Positions 1 to 11,000 of a stretch of 64,000 nucleotides of DNA are shown here, one piece after another (the stretch's first letter is position 1; the number at the start of each line of letters is the position of its first letter). The DNA is taken from positions 216,320,001 through 216,384,000 of the forward strand of contig NC_086097.1 in assembly GCF_963921235.1 (NCBI RefSeq), written 5' to 3'. The notes beneath the pieces were generated by a model. The model saw only the letters and a list, made by a program, of their open reading frames with translations. It searched no databases and was not told the origin of the DNA. Source of the DNA: Mobula hypostoma. Lineage: Eukaryota. Made by a program: the position numbers and the translations under genes.

Positions 1-1170
1 CCTTACAAGCCTGGTAGAATTTTTTGAGGATGTGACTAAACACCTTGATGAAGAAAGAGTAGTAGATGTAGTGTATATGAATTTCAGCAAGGTATTTGGT
101 AAGGTACCCCATGCAAGGCTTATTGAGAAAGTACGGAGGGTCATATTCTGCATTGAGGCCGGTGACCAGTGGTGTGCCTCAGGGATCTGTTCTGGGACCC
201 CTACTCTTTGTGATTTTTATAAATGACCCGGATGAGGAAGTGGAGGGTTTGGTTAGTAAATGTGCTGATAACACAAAGGTTGGGTGTGTTGTGCATAGTG
301 TGGAGGGCTGTCAGAGGTTACAACGGGACATTGATAGGATGCAAAACTAGGCTGAGAAGTGGCAGATGGAGTTCAACCCAGACAAGTGTAGGATGGTTCA
401 TTTTGGTAGGTCAAATATGATGGCAGAATATAGTATAAATGGTAAGACTTTTGGCATTGTGGAGGATCAGAGGGATCTTGGAGTCTAAGTCCATAGGACA
501 CTCAAAGCTGCTACGCAGGTTGACTCTGTGGTTAAGAAGGCATATGGTGCATTGTCCTTCATCAATTGTGGGATTGAGTTTAAGAACCAAGAGGTAATGT
601 TGCAGCTAAATAGGACCCTGGTCAGACCCCACTTGGAGTACTGTGCTCAATTCTGGTCGCCTCACTATAGGAAGGATGTGGAAACCATAGAAAGGGTGCA
701 GAGGAGATTTACAAGAATGTTGCCCAGATTGGGGAGCATGCCTTATGAGAATAGGTTGAGTGAACTTGGCCTTTTCTCCTTGGAGCGACAGAGGATGAGA
801 GGTGACTTGATAGAGGTGTACAAGATAATGAGAGGCATTGATCGTGTGGATAGTCAGAGGCTTTTTCTCAGGTCTGAATTGGTTTGCACGAGAGGGCACA
901 GTTTTAAGGTGCTTGCAAGTAGGTACAGAGGAGATGTCAGGGGTAAGTTTTTTACGCAGAGAGTGGTGAGTGTGTGGAATGGGTTGCCAGTGGCAGTGGT
1001 GGAGGCAGAAATGATAGGGTCTTTTAAGAGACTCCTGGATGGCTACATGGAGCTTAGAAAATAGAGGGCCATGGGTAAAGCCAAGGTAGTTCCAAAGTAA
1101 GGACATGTTCAGCACAGCTTTGTGGGCCGAAGGTCCTGTATTGTACTGTATGTTTTCTATGTTTCTATGT
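1..1170 (+). mobile_element. CR1-clade (HER1-like) LINE, 3' part of ORF2 (RT) plus 3' UTR; frameshifted, internally deleted, runs off the window start
   Basis: Peptides VDVVYMNFSKVFGKVPH, TSGVPQGSVLGPLLFVIFIND, KCADNTK, LVRPHLEYCAQFWSP, RMRGDLIEVYKIMRG, FFTQRVVSVWNGLP. 3' UTR GGGCCGAAGGTCCTGTA and (TTCTATGT)n-type tail at ~1150-1170. Confidence 0.95.
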
Positions 1171-1298
1171 AGTATATTTATATTTTTCATTAACCCAAAT
1201 GAATATATTTTATTAAAAATTGACGAGCTGCTCCAATTTTCTGACTGCACTGTTGGTTTTACACATGGAAGTGAATGGAAGAAAGTGATCCCTCTCAA

Positions 1299-1535
1299 AA
1301 ACACAAGGGATTCTGGAGATCCTGGAAATTTGGAGCAACACATACAAAAAGTTGGAGAAACTCAGCAGATCAGGCATCTGCTATGGAGATGAATAAAGCA
1401 CCAACAACCCAGCCCAAGATCCTTCTTCAGATTCCTCCCAAGGTGTTGTTCCAATATTAGAACATAGAACGTAGAAAATCTACAGCACATTACAGCCTGA
1501 CCGACTGGGTTCCTCCAGCATTTTGTGTGTGTTAC
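1299..1535. mobile_element. Degenerate Penelope-derived terminal-repeat/foldback element
   Basis: Arm AAACACAAGGGATTCTGGAGATCCTGGAAAT...CAACACATACAAAAAGTTGGAGAAACTCAGCAG and inverted arm TTCCTCCAGCATTTTGTGTGTGT; same family as 10624-10866 and 21905-22091. Confidence 0.7.
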
Positions 1536-1837
1536 ACAAACAAAGCTGCTGTGAACCAAAGTTAGAGGCAGTGGATACAACTGAACTATTTTTCTGGAGC
1601 ATAAATGAGAAGTTAAAGAAATACTTGGCCAAGTACTCCATTATCCCCTCGGCAATCCGAAGCAGGATGGCACGGTGGCTCAGCTGGTAAAACTGCAGCC
1701 TCATAACTCCATCAGCTTGAGTTCAATCCTAACCGCAAGTGCTGTCTGTGTGGAATTTGCATGTTCTCCTTCTATAGTGATTTCCTCGGGTGCTCAGTTT
1801 CCTCCTACATCCAAATGACATGCGTGCTAGTAGGCTG

Positions 1838-2240
1838 ACACAAGAGATTCTGCAGAAGCTGGAAATCTTGAGCAATCTGCACATGATGCTGGAGGCAAAC
1901 AGCAGGTCGGACGGAGGGAAATGATCCGTCGATACTTTGGGCTGAGAGCCTCCTTCAGGACTCAGATGTTGATAACGGGTCTCAGTACAAAACTTTGACT
2001 GTTCATTTCCCTCCGTAGATTCTGCATGACCCACTGAGTTGCTAAAGCATTCTCATCAAAGTTGCTGGTGAACGCAGCAGGCCAGGCAGCATCTCTAGGA
2101 AGAGGTACAGTCGACGTTTCGGGCCGAGACCCTTCGTCAGGACGTTCACCAGCAACTTCTATGTGTGTTGCTCGAAATTCCAGCATCTGCAGATTTCCTC
2201 GTGTTTGCTCCAGCATTCTGTTTGTGCTGTTGTGTTTGTA
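1838..2240. mobile_element. Penelope-derived foldback element (1838-2053 plus 2207-2240) containing a younger copy (2054-2206)
   Basis: Inverted arms. The inner copy ends CCAGCATCTGCAGATTTCCTCGTGTTT and is flanked by GCTAAAGCATTCT / GCTCCAGCATTCT (possible 13-bp TSD, 2 mismatches). Confidence 0.75.
2108..2143 (-). ncRNA. Minimal type I hammerhead ribozyme motif (Penelope-associated)
   Basis: Minus strand reads GUC-CUGACGA-A-GGGU-CUCG-GCCC-GAAA-C-GUC^GACUG: complete core boxes, stem II, GUC triplet and stem I GUC/GAC. Confidence 0.75.
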
Positions 2241-3273
2241 AGTTAATTGGCCTATGTAAAGTGTACCTAGCATAGGCAGCTGGGGGAATCAATGGGATTT
2301 TGATAAGAGAGGGTTACAGGAAATGGGATTGCTCCATGAGCCAGTATAGACTTGGTAGACCTAGTGGCTCCTTTTCATGTTGTAAGGGAGTTTGGAACTA
2401 TATATAAGGGAACATATTGATGGTGTCTATCAGTGGTTATAGTGGAAACAATTGTCAGTTAAAGACTAATAGGAAGTGAAAATAATTCATAACAATTACC
2501 TCATCCACTCTAAATCTTTGTTTGCACCCTTTTAGAGTAAAACCAGATTTGAACAACTAGCCGTAGGTGTGGATGTGTGGCTGCTAGGACAGATTTGAAC
2601 CATTCTGATGCTGTGTGGCACAAGGCTCTATGCATGCTGGCACTCCAGTTACACGTTTGCCTGATTGGAAACTGTGTGTTTCATTTCAGATCACAGAAGG
2701 TCCTTACTGGAGCTACAAAGAAGCCATTCAAATCCATCAGAATAATATTTTGAAGGAAGTCAGGTGAGTCACGAAGGCAGGGGAAGCCCACAAAGAAACT
2801 TTGTTCAGCCCAACCCTTTTTTGGCTCTGTGACCAGCTGACCTGGGGGAGGAGTCGCAGCAACTTTCTGTTTCCAACTTAAAGATGCAGATGTGTCCCAG
2901 TGTAGAGTTCCACACTAAAGGCAGTGTTACACATTCTTTAAACGGACTGCCACAATCCTGCTCAAAAGGTGAAGCTAGAACTGCCACCTGTAGGAATAAG
3001 GCAGAATCCTAACCACCTGTCCATGCTTTCTACCAAGCACTTTGAGTTAAAAGTAGCCACCAGGTATCACAAGGAGATTCAAGAAAAAAATATATAATCT
3101 AGGCCTGAAGTTAGTAATCGCACAAGTTATTCTCAGGAAACCCCACTCCCACCTAGCTAATATTTATCTTTTCAGTGGGAAGTTTGCTTGTGAGCAGAAT
3201 CTTTTGCTTGCCAAAAGAGTCCAGCTCTCTGCTGCTTATTGCATTATTTTTAATCTTTCTAGAGGTACAAATT

Positions 3274-3970
3274 ATAACCATATAACTATATAACAATTAC
3301 AGCACGGAAACAGGCCATGTCGGCCCTTCTAGTCCATGCCGAACTCTTACTCTCACCTAGTCCCACCGACCTGCACTCAGCCCATAACCCTCCATTCCTT
3401 TCCTGTCCATATAGCTGTCCAGTTTAACTTTAAACGACAACATCAAACCTGCCTCAACCACTTCCGCTGGAAGCTCGTTCCACACAGCTACCACTCTCTG
3501 AGTAAAGAAGTTGCCCCTTATGTTACCCCTGAACTTTTGCCCTTTAACCCTTAACTCATGTCCTCTCGTTTGAATCTCCCCCACTCAATGGAAAAGGCCT
3601 ATCCACGTCAACTCTATCTATCCACCTCATAATTTTAAATACCTCTATCAAGTCCCCCCTCAACCTTCTACGCTCCAAAGAATAAAGACCCAACTTGCTC
3701 AACCTTTTTCTGTAACTTTAACATTACATCCCAACTTCTATACTCAATGCTCTGATTTATAAAGGCCAGCATACCAAAAGCTTTCTTCACCACTCTATCC
3801 ACATGAGATTCCACCTTCAGGGAACTATGCACCATTATTCCTAGATCCCTCTGTTCATTTGTGCATTTTTCGATGCCCTACCATTTACCATGTATGTCCT
3901 ATTAGTCCTACCAAAATGTAGCACCTCACATTTATCAGAATTAAACTCCATCTGCCATCTTTCAGCCCAC
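3274..3970 (-). mobile_element. CR1 LINE 3' fragment with ~140-bp internal deletion relative to the copy at 8296-9502
   Basis: ORF 3357..3584 TRGHELRVKGQKFRGNIRGNFFTQRVVAVWNELP; very similar to 8296-9130 but lacks about 8734-8871. Confidence 0.93.
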
Positions 3971-4545
3971 AAGTTCAAATCAGTTCAAAGTAAAATTTAT
4001 TATCAGCATGCATACATGTCACCACTCACAACCCTGAGATGCTTTTTCCTGTAGGCATACTTAGCAAATCTATGGAACAGTAACTACAAACAGGATCAAT
4101 GAAAGAGAAAGAGCATAGAAGTCAACAAATTGTGCAAGTGCAATGATAAATAGCAATAAATAATGAGACCATGAAATAACAAGATAAAGAGTCTTTAAAA
4201 TGAGATCATTGGTTGTGGGAACATCTCAATAGATGAGTGTATTTATCCTCTTTTGTTCAAGAGCCTGTTGAGGGGTATATCTGTTCTTGAACCTGGTGGT
4301 GAAAACCCTGAGGCTCTTGTATGTTCTGCCTGATGGCGACAGTGAGAAAAGAGCATGGCCTGGATGGTGAGGATCTTTGATGATGGATGCTGCTTTTCTA
4401 CAGCAATGTTTCATGTAGATGTGCTCAGTGGTTGGGAGGGCATTACCCGTGATGTACTGGGCCGAATCCACTACTTTTTGTGGATCTTCTGTTCAAAGTC
4501 ATTGATGTTCCCATACCAGGCTGTATTGCAGCTGGTCAATATACT
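3971..4545 (-). mobile_element. Rex1/Babar-clade LINE 3' fragment
   Basis: ORF 4226..4471 CCRKAASIIKDPHHPGHALFSLSPSGRTYKSLRVFTTRFKN, typical Rex1 ORF2 C-terminus; TTTGAAC-type tail. Confidence 0.88.
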
Positions 4546-4735
4546 GGGGCATAATGGGAGCCAATAGAATTCTGATTATTCTTCGAAAGAAAGGAACTTG
4601 GATGAGGGTTATGTGGCTGTACTTTAATGAAACAACAAGGTCATCGTTGATGAAATGAAAGTCCCTCATAATTTATGTTGTCCTCTAACCACCTCTCCAC
4701 ACTGCTGCCATTAGAATCAGCTTCTGACGGTCTCT

Positions 4736-4978
4736 GACAATAGACAATAGACAATAGGTGCAGGAGTAGGCCATTCGGCCCTTCGAGCCAGCCCTGCTAT
4801 TCACTGTGATCATGGCTGGTCATCCACAATCAGTACCCCGTTCCTGCTCCCCATATCCCTTGACTCCGCTATCATTAAGAGCTCTATCTAACTCTTTCTT
4901 GAAAGCATCCAGAGAATTGGCCTCCACTGCCTTCTGAGGCAGAGCATTCCACAGATCCACAACTCTCTGTGTGAAAAA
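4736..4978 (-). mobile_element. CR1 LINE extreme 3' fragment
   Basis: (GACAATA)3 tail followed by GGTGCAGGAGTAGGCCATTCGGCCCTTCGAGCC, the reverse complement of the 3' UTR at ~49990-50025. Confidence 0.88.
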
Positions 4979-5879
4979 TCTGTTAATCTGAGGAATCTGT
5001 TATTCTCTGTAATCTTAATACATCCAGTGAGCACGCAGCTGATAAACTATTCATGTACACAGAGCAGTTGTAGAGGAGCCGACTTCTGTCCCTTAGACTT
5101 AGCCCTTGTTTGCTATATTAATGTTCATTGGAGACACCATTGCAAGTCATTGTTAGTGGCCCAGCCAGTTCTGACCAGCTCCAATGTCACTACCAGCTAT
5201 AGGCAGGTCCTGACAATAAAAGCAGTGATAAAAGGAGCGAGCCCCAGGATAACAGCAACCTGCAGTATATTAGTACAATCCATTTAGCTCCAACAATAAA
5301 TTCATTTCCCTGACATTCCGGAGTAGCATTCAGAGAGCCCTTTCAGGAGAGCTAGTTAGACCGCTCAAGGAACAAACAGGCAGAGCATGTTGTTCACTGA
5401 TCTGTAAATAAATTTCAACTGGGATCCTACCTGACATACAGTCACTATTTACAGATATAATTCACTTGCTGCCTGTTTCACTTGACTGCTCCATGCACCT
5501 GGAAACAATTGTGGAATTGCTCTGTGTTTTGTTGGCCATTGTTCGAGTAAAATGTGGCTTCAAAGGAATCCTTCTGCTTAATTGACAATTATTTATTTTG
5601 AATTAATTATGTATTCAATTTTTTTCAGGCAAAATAATGTAGACAGTACTCTGTGGGCTAGAGATTCAATGGTACGCTGTCCATTTCATTGGATAAGTAC
5701 CATCCTATAAGTGGAATGCAAGTGCTTATTCAGTATTTAAGGTGCCCTGTTTGCCATAGTGGTAAAGGCTGCAGCATTGCGATCCAAAGCTCAAGCCAAA
5801 TGCTAAAAATTGTTTTTTGCAAATTTAAATAGGCTATCTTTGTTGTCCCTTCCACAAGCTTGCACAATCCATGCACCAA

Positions 5880-6720
5880 GTGATTCCCTGAGCTTTAAGC
5901 TTTACCTGTTACCTGCTTTGCAACATTCCTTTCAGCTGGACAGCGCCATACTACCTGTCCCTATGATGAATCGTTTGTACAGAAGAATACTTTTAATTTT
6001 GTGTGACCTGCGCAGAGTGTTCTGGAAGTCCATGGGAAGAAACAATGATGGATCCTGACAATGGTTGCTGGAGCAGATTCTCATGGTGATTTGGCAGAAT
6101 ATTGCATCACCAATCAAACAAGAACCAAGACTTGCCTAATTGGTGTGAAGGGACCCTACCCTGTCAGAACCAACTTCCACAGCTGGAACCTCTGCACTAC
6201 CATACATTGCCCTCAAATCTTCTGTATTGGGTACGGGATCGCTAAACGTCAAAGGAACCCCTCTACTCTGTTAACATTTATATAACTTGAATTCTTTTAT
6301 CCAGGCATTTTTACAGCAAAATAATACAGACAGTAGAAATCTACTTCTCCAATTAACGTTTGCCAAGATTTGGAAAGCAACGTAGAGTTGTGTAACATAA
6401 GACTTCTCTGCCTGCTGTTCCCAGGAACTCACACTGAGACAAGTACAAAGTGCTGCTGGAAGATTATCAACTCGGAGAATGATGTCCCACAAGACCGCCC
6501 AAGGCTTGTTGGCCTTCCAGTGCAAGGAACTGACAAAGACAGAATGTTGCAGACTAACACATTCCATGGCCCAGCACCATGTGGCGAGGAGCACCATGAA
6601 GGTTAGTACAGCTGCCACAAAAGATCTTTGAGGAAAGGGCAAAATTCGAGGCCCTGTCACTACTGCACACCCAAGGGGCTAGAACAAGGGTAAAAACATC
6701 TTAGACTGTTTGCTATTGTA
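5880..6720 (+). mobile_element. Degenerate Tx1/L1-clade LINE ORF2 C-terminus
   Basis: Across frames IWQNIASP...NQDL, and LFPGTHTETSTKCCWKIINS (ORF 6370..6606), match the remembered chondrichthyan Tx1 ORF2 end (LFPGTHTETNINCAWRIINS). Many stops and frameshifts. Confidence 0.75.
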
Positions 6721-6937
6721 AAGAAAATTGATACTATGCTGACATACTGTAGTTGGATTTATAAGGCCTGTACCAAGAATGGTGACGTGTAGATGTATTG
6801 GAATCAACTTTTAAGAATGAAGTATTAATTTAAATAAAGTACTCCATTAGGAGGTAAATGTGTATTGGGAATGTACTTTGCAAAGTGTATCATCATTATT
6901 CCCAGAGGTTTTAAGAACTGCAGGCTCAACATTTAAT

Positions 6938-7660
6938 ACCATAAGACCATAAGATATAGGAGTTGAATGAGACCATTTGCCCCTTTGAGTCTGCTTCGCC
7001 ATTTCATCATGGCGGATCCAATTTATCCTCTCAGGCCCAGTTTCCTGCCTTCTCCCCGTATCCATGCATGCCCATCTCCAATTAAGAATCTACCAACCTC
7101 TGCTTTAAATGTAAGTAAAGACTTGGCTTCCACAGCTACCTGTGGCAAAGAATTCCACAGATTCACCACTCTCTGGCTAAAAAAATTCTTCCTCATCTCC
7201 ACTCTAAAAGGACACCCCTCTATTCTGAGGCTGTGTCCTCTGGTCTTAGACTCTCCCTCCATAGGAAACATCCTCTCCACATCCACTCCATCAAGGCCTT
7301 CCATCGTTCGCTCGGTTTCAATGAGGTCACCCTTCAGTCTCCTGAATTCAGGTGAGTCGAGGCCCAGAGCAATCAAATGCTCCTCATGTAACAAGCCTTT
7401 CAATCCCGGAGTCATTTTTGTGAATCTCCAACGTCAGCACATCCTTTCTTATATAAGGGGCTGAAAACTGCTCACAATACTCCAAGTGAGGCCTCACCAG
7501 TGCTTAATAAAGCATCAACATTACACCCTCGCTTTTATATTCTAGTCCGCTCAAAATGAATGCTGACGTCGCATTGGCCTTCCTCATCACCGACTCGACC
7601 TGCAAATTAACCTTTAGGGAAGCTTGCCCGAGGACTCCAAAATCCCTTTGCACCTCGGAG
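6938..7660 (-). mobile_element. CR1 LINE 3' fragment
   Basis: ORF 7023..7415 RRLKGDLIET...KTRGHSLRIEGCPFRVEMRKNFFSQRVVNLWNSLP; (ACCATAAG)n tail. Confidence 0.92.
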
Positions 7661-8295
7661 TTGATGTAAGATTTGTTTTAACCTAGCCAAGGAAACATCA
7701 CTTCGTTAATCTTATCGCATCCCACAAGAATTTTGTTTCAACAGGATCAGCGACTAAACTAAAAGTACAGAAATTCTCATCCGAGCTTGGAAATGAATCA
7801 CTGACAGCAACTACTTCCCCATCTTCCCACTCCCCAATCATCTTCCACCTGCCTAACTCCGATTAAAACTCGACCAGTATTCAAAACAGCCAACCTTAAT
7901 GTACCCTGGAGAGGCAAACTGCTTCTGAGGCCATTCTGTTTGCTGGTAATGAATCAATTAGCTTCCCAGATTAACGCTGTAAAGTCCTGCACTGCCCTGA
8001 TTCAATTTCCAGTTTTTGTATATTTCAAATGGAAGCTTTAAATCTTGATATGTTCTACTTTTGGGGCACTGTCTCACTGAATGATAGGTAAAACAGCTAA
8101 ATGATAAATTTTAAATAAATCACCCTCAAAACAATTGCTAGTAAAATTAATGGCAAATAATATATGGTCTCCGTTACCATTTGAATCACTGAGTCAAATT
8201 AGTCTCTGGTCAAACCCTTTCACTGAGACACAAGAGACTGTAGATCCTGGAATTTGGAGTGACAATCTGATGTAGGAACTCAAAGGCTGAGCAGC

Positions 8296-9502
8296 ATAAC
8301 CATATAACAATTACAGCACGGAAACAGGCCATCTCGGCCCTTCTAGTCCATGCCAAACTCTTACTCTCACCTAGTCCCACCGAACTGCACTCAGCCCATA
8401 ACCCTCCATTCCTTTCCTGTCCATATAGCTGTCCAATTTAACTTTAAACGACAATATCGAACCTGCCTCAACCACTTCTGCTGGAAGCTCATTCCACACA
8501 GCTACCACTCTCTGAGTAAAGAAGTTCCCCCTCATGTTACCTCTAAACTTTTGCCCCCTAACTCTCAACTCATGTCCTCTTGTTTGAATCTCGCCCACTC
8601 TCAATGGAAAGAGCCTATCCACGTCAGCTCTATCTATCCCCCTCATAATTTTAAATACTTCTATCAAGTCCCCCCTCAACCTTCTACGTTCCAAAGAATA
8701 AAGACCCAACTTGTTCAACCTTTCTCTGTAACTTAGATGATGAAAGCCAGATAACATTCTAGTAAATCTTCTCTGTACTCTCTCTATTTTGTTGACATCT
8801 TTCCTATAATTCGGTGACCAGAACTGTACACAATACTCCAAATCTGGCCTCACCGATGCCTTGTACAATTTCAACATTACATCCCAACTCCTATACTCAA
8901 TGCACTGATTTATTAAGGCCAGCATACCAAAAGCTTTCTTCACCACCCTATCCACATGAGATTCCACCTTCAGGGAACTATGCACCATTATTTCTAGATT
9001 CCTCTGTTCTACAGCATTCTTCAATGCCCTACCATTTACCATGTATGTCCTATTTTGATTAGTCCTACCAAAATGTAGCACCTCACATTTATCAGCATTA
9101 AATCCCATCTGCCATCTTTCAGCCCACTCTTCTAACCGGCCTAAATCTCTCTGCAAGCTTTGAAACCTACTTCATTATCCACAGCTCCACCTATCTTAGT
9201 ATCATCTACATACTTACTCATCCAATTTACCACCCTATCATCCAGATCATTAATGTACATGACAAATAACATTGGACCCAGTGCAGATCCTTGAGGCACA
9301 CCATAAGTCACCAACCTCCAATCTGACAAACAGTTATCCACCACCACTCTCTGGCATCTCCCATCCAGCCACTGCTGAATCCATTTTACTACTTCAATAT
9401 TAATACCTAACGATTGAACGTTCCTAACCAACCTTCCGTGTGGGACCTTGTCAAAGGCCTTACTGAAGTCCATATAGACAACATCCACCGCTTTACCCTC
9501 AT
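8296..9502 (-). mobile_element. CR1 LINE, 5'-truncated, near-intact 3' ORF2 (RT) with one frameshift at ~9150; inserted into a Penelope-derived arm (8227-8295 plus 9503-9552)
   Basis: ORF 9141..9488 (DFSKAFDKVPH, GVPQGSALGP, YVDDTK) and ORF 8371..9156 (261 aa, LEYCVQFWSP, FFTQRVVAVWNELP). Flanks rejoin as GCAGCAT|CTGTGGAGGG. Confidence 0.96.
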
Positions 9503-9522
9503 CTGTGGAGGGAAATAACTTG

Positions 9523-9552
9523 TTGACATTTCAGGTCGAAACCCTGCATCAG
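9523..9552 (-). ncRNA. Variant or degenerate minimal hammerhead motif
   Basis: Minus strand CUGAUGC-AGGGUUUCGACCU-GAAA-U-GUC: one core change from CUGANGA. Confidence 0.45.
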
Positions 9553-10059
9553 ATTATTTGGGGAAAAAAAAAATCTAGAGAGGCATATTCATTTAATTAT
9601 GTCACAGGTCACACACTGTACACTGCTAACTAAAGCTGCAGCTCTGTGCTGAAACCCAGGACCTTCCCTGAACAGTAACATGGTCCTTTGATTATTAAAT
9701 GGTCTGCACTCTAACATCACTGCCTTGCATGCAACATCTACCAACCTCAGTCTTCAGTGCTTAAGACATCTGAAACCTCATCAATGCTTGCTTCTTCACT
9801 GACTTGTGATAATAACCACATCAGAATGAAATACTTTGACCTCTGCCTCACTGATCATCTAACACATCAAGTGATATGATCATATCCTCATATCTCTGCA
9901 CTCCCCTGCCCCCACAACTGTGGTTGCCATGGGGAGAGATCACAAAGTTTGACTCCCTTCCCAGTAAACGGCACAGCAAAGACAAGGCAGTTGGGCCCTT
10001 TCCAGCTGTTGAGAACTGCATGGTTATATCGCTGCACAGTGAGGAAATGGGCTTCTCAC

Positions 10060-11000
10060 CCTAACCTGTCCATGCTGGCTGAGATGCCTTCCCATGCTTT
10101 CCTCCATTTAGCCCATATCCCTCTAATCTTCTCCTATCCATGCACCTCTCCGAATGGTTTTTAAATGCTGTGATTCTCTCTACCACTTATACTTATCGGG
10201 CAGCTTAGTCCATGCTCACACCCTTTGTGTGAAGAAACCCATCTCTCAGATCTCCTTTAAATCCTTCTCACTTTAAAACAACATCTTCTAGTTTTAGACT
10301 TGACTATCCTCAGAAAAAATAACTATCCAACTTACTTGTGCCCTCATAACTTTATAAGCCTGTTTAAGGTCACATTTCAGCCTCCCGTGCTCCTCAGAAC
10401 CTAGATAAGTAAATAAAGCCAGGTAGTCCAGGCAGGCAACGTCCTGGTGAATTTTTCCTGTACTTTTTGTAGAGCTACCACAATCTATATATAATGTGGT
10501 GACCAGAACTACACACTGTATGGCCCAATCAGTGTCTTGTACAGCTGCAATATGACATCTGAGCTGTTAGGCCCCTTCCTATGAAAGCGAGCAAGCTAAA
10601 TGCCACCTTCTCTACCCCCATGAACACACACAAAATGGTGGAGGAACTCAGCAGGTCAGGCAGCATCCATGGAAAGGAGTAAACCGTCAACATTTCTGGC
10701 CAAGACCGTTCTTCGGGACTCTTTCCCTCATTCCAGATGAAGCGTATCAGCCCGAAATGTCAACTGTTTACTCTTTTCCGTGGATGCTGCCTGGCCTGCT
10801 GAGTTCCTCCAGCATTTTGTGTGTGTTGCTTTGATTTCCCGTTTCTGCAGATTTCCTCTTGTTTGTTCACTGTCCCATCCACCTGTATCACCATTTTCAG
10901 GGAGCTATGAACTTGTACTCCAAGGCCTGCTGCCATTTGCTGTCTGTGTCCTACCAGAATCTGACTTCCCAGAGTGCAATACTTCATACCTGCCTGTAAG
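10060..11000 (-). mobile_element. Old CR1 LINE fragment interrupted by a foldback element at 10624-10866
   Basis: GGTGACCAGAACTACACA (rc of CVQFWSP-type motif), CCCTTTGTGTGAAGAAAC (rc of FFTQRV), ORF 10760..10987 start KYCTLGSQ (KCEVLHFG-like region, shifted frame). Confidence 0.8.
10624..10866. mobile_element. ORF-less Penelope-derived foldback element with two inverted degenerate hammerhead motifs
   Basis: ~95-nt arms (10624-10719 / 10733-10827) are reverse complements. Minus CCGAAGA..GAAAUGUU and plus CAGAUGA..GAAAUGUC meet at a short spacer. Confidence 0.85.

Larger units (their letters stand above)
1669..2390 (+). mobile_element. tRNA-derived V-SINE (HE1-like), interrupted at ~1838-2240 by nested Penelope-derived elements
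   Basis: A-box GGCACGGTGGCTCAGCTGG, B-box-like GAGTTCAATCC, V-domain TGTGTGGAATTTGCATGTTCTCC...GGGTGCTCAGTTTCCTCCTACATCCAAA; resumes at GTTAATTGGCCTATGTAAA (~2242) and ends in a CR1-like tail. Confidence 0.8.

Noticed and set aside
606..1343. 245-aa minus-strand ORF
   Set aside because: Antisense of CR1 ORF2 extended into flanking repeats; no independent coding signal.
1669..1735. tRNA gene (likewise 53920-53977 and 56070-56134)
   Set aside because: A/B boxes are present but there is no complete cloverleaf, and each continues into a SINE body.
8371..9156. 261-aa ORF as a host gene
   Set aside because: CR1 ORF2 C-terminus inside a 5'-truncated LINE.
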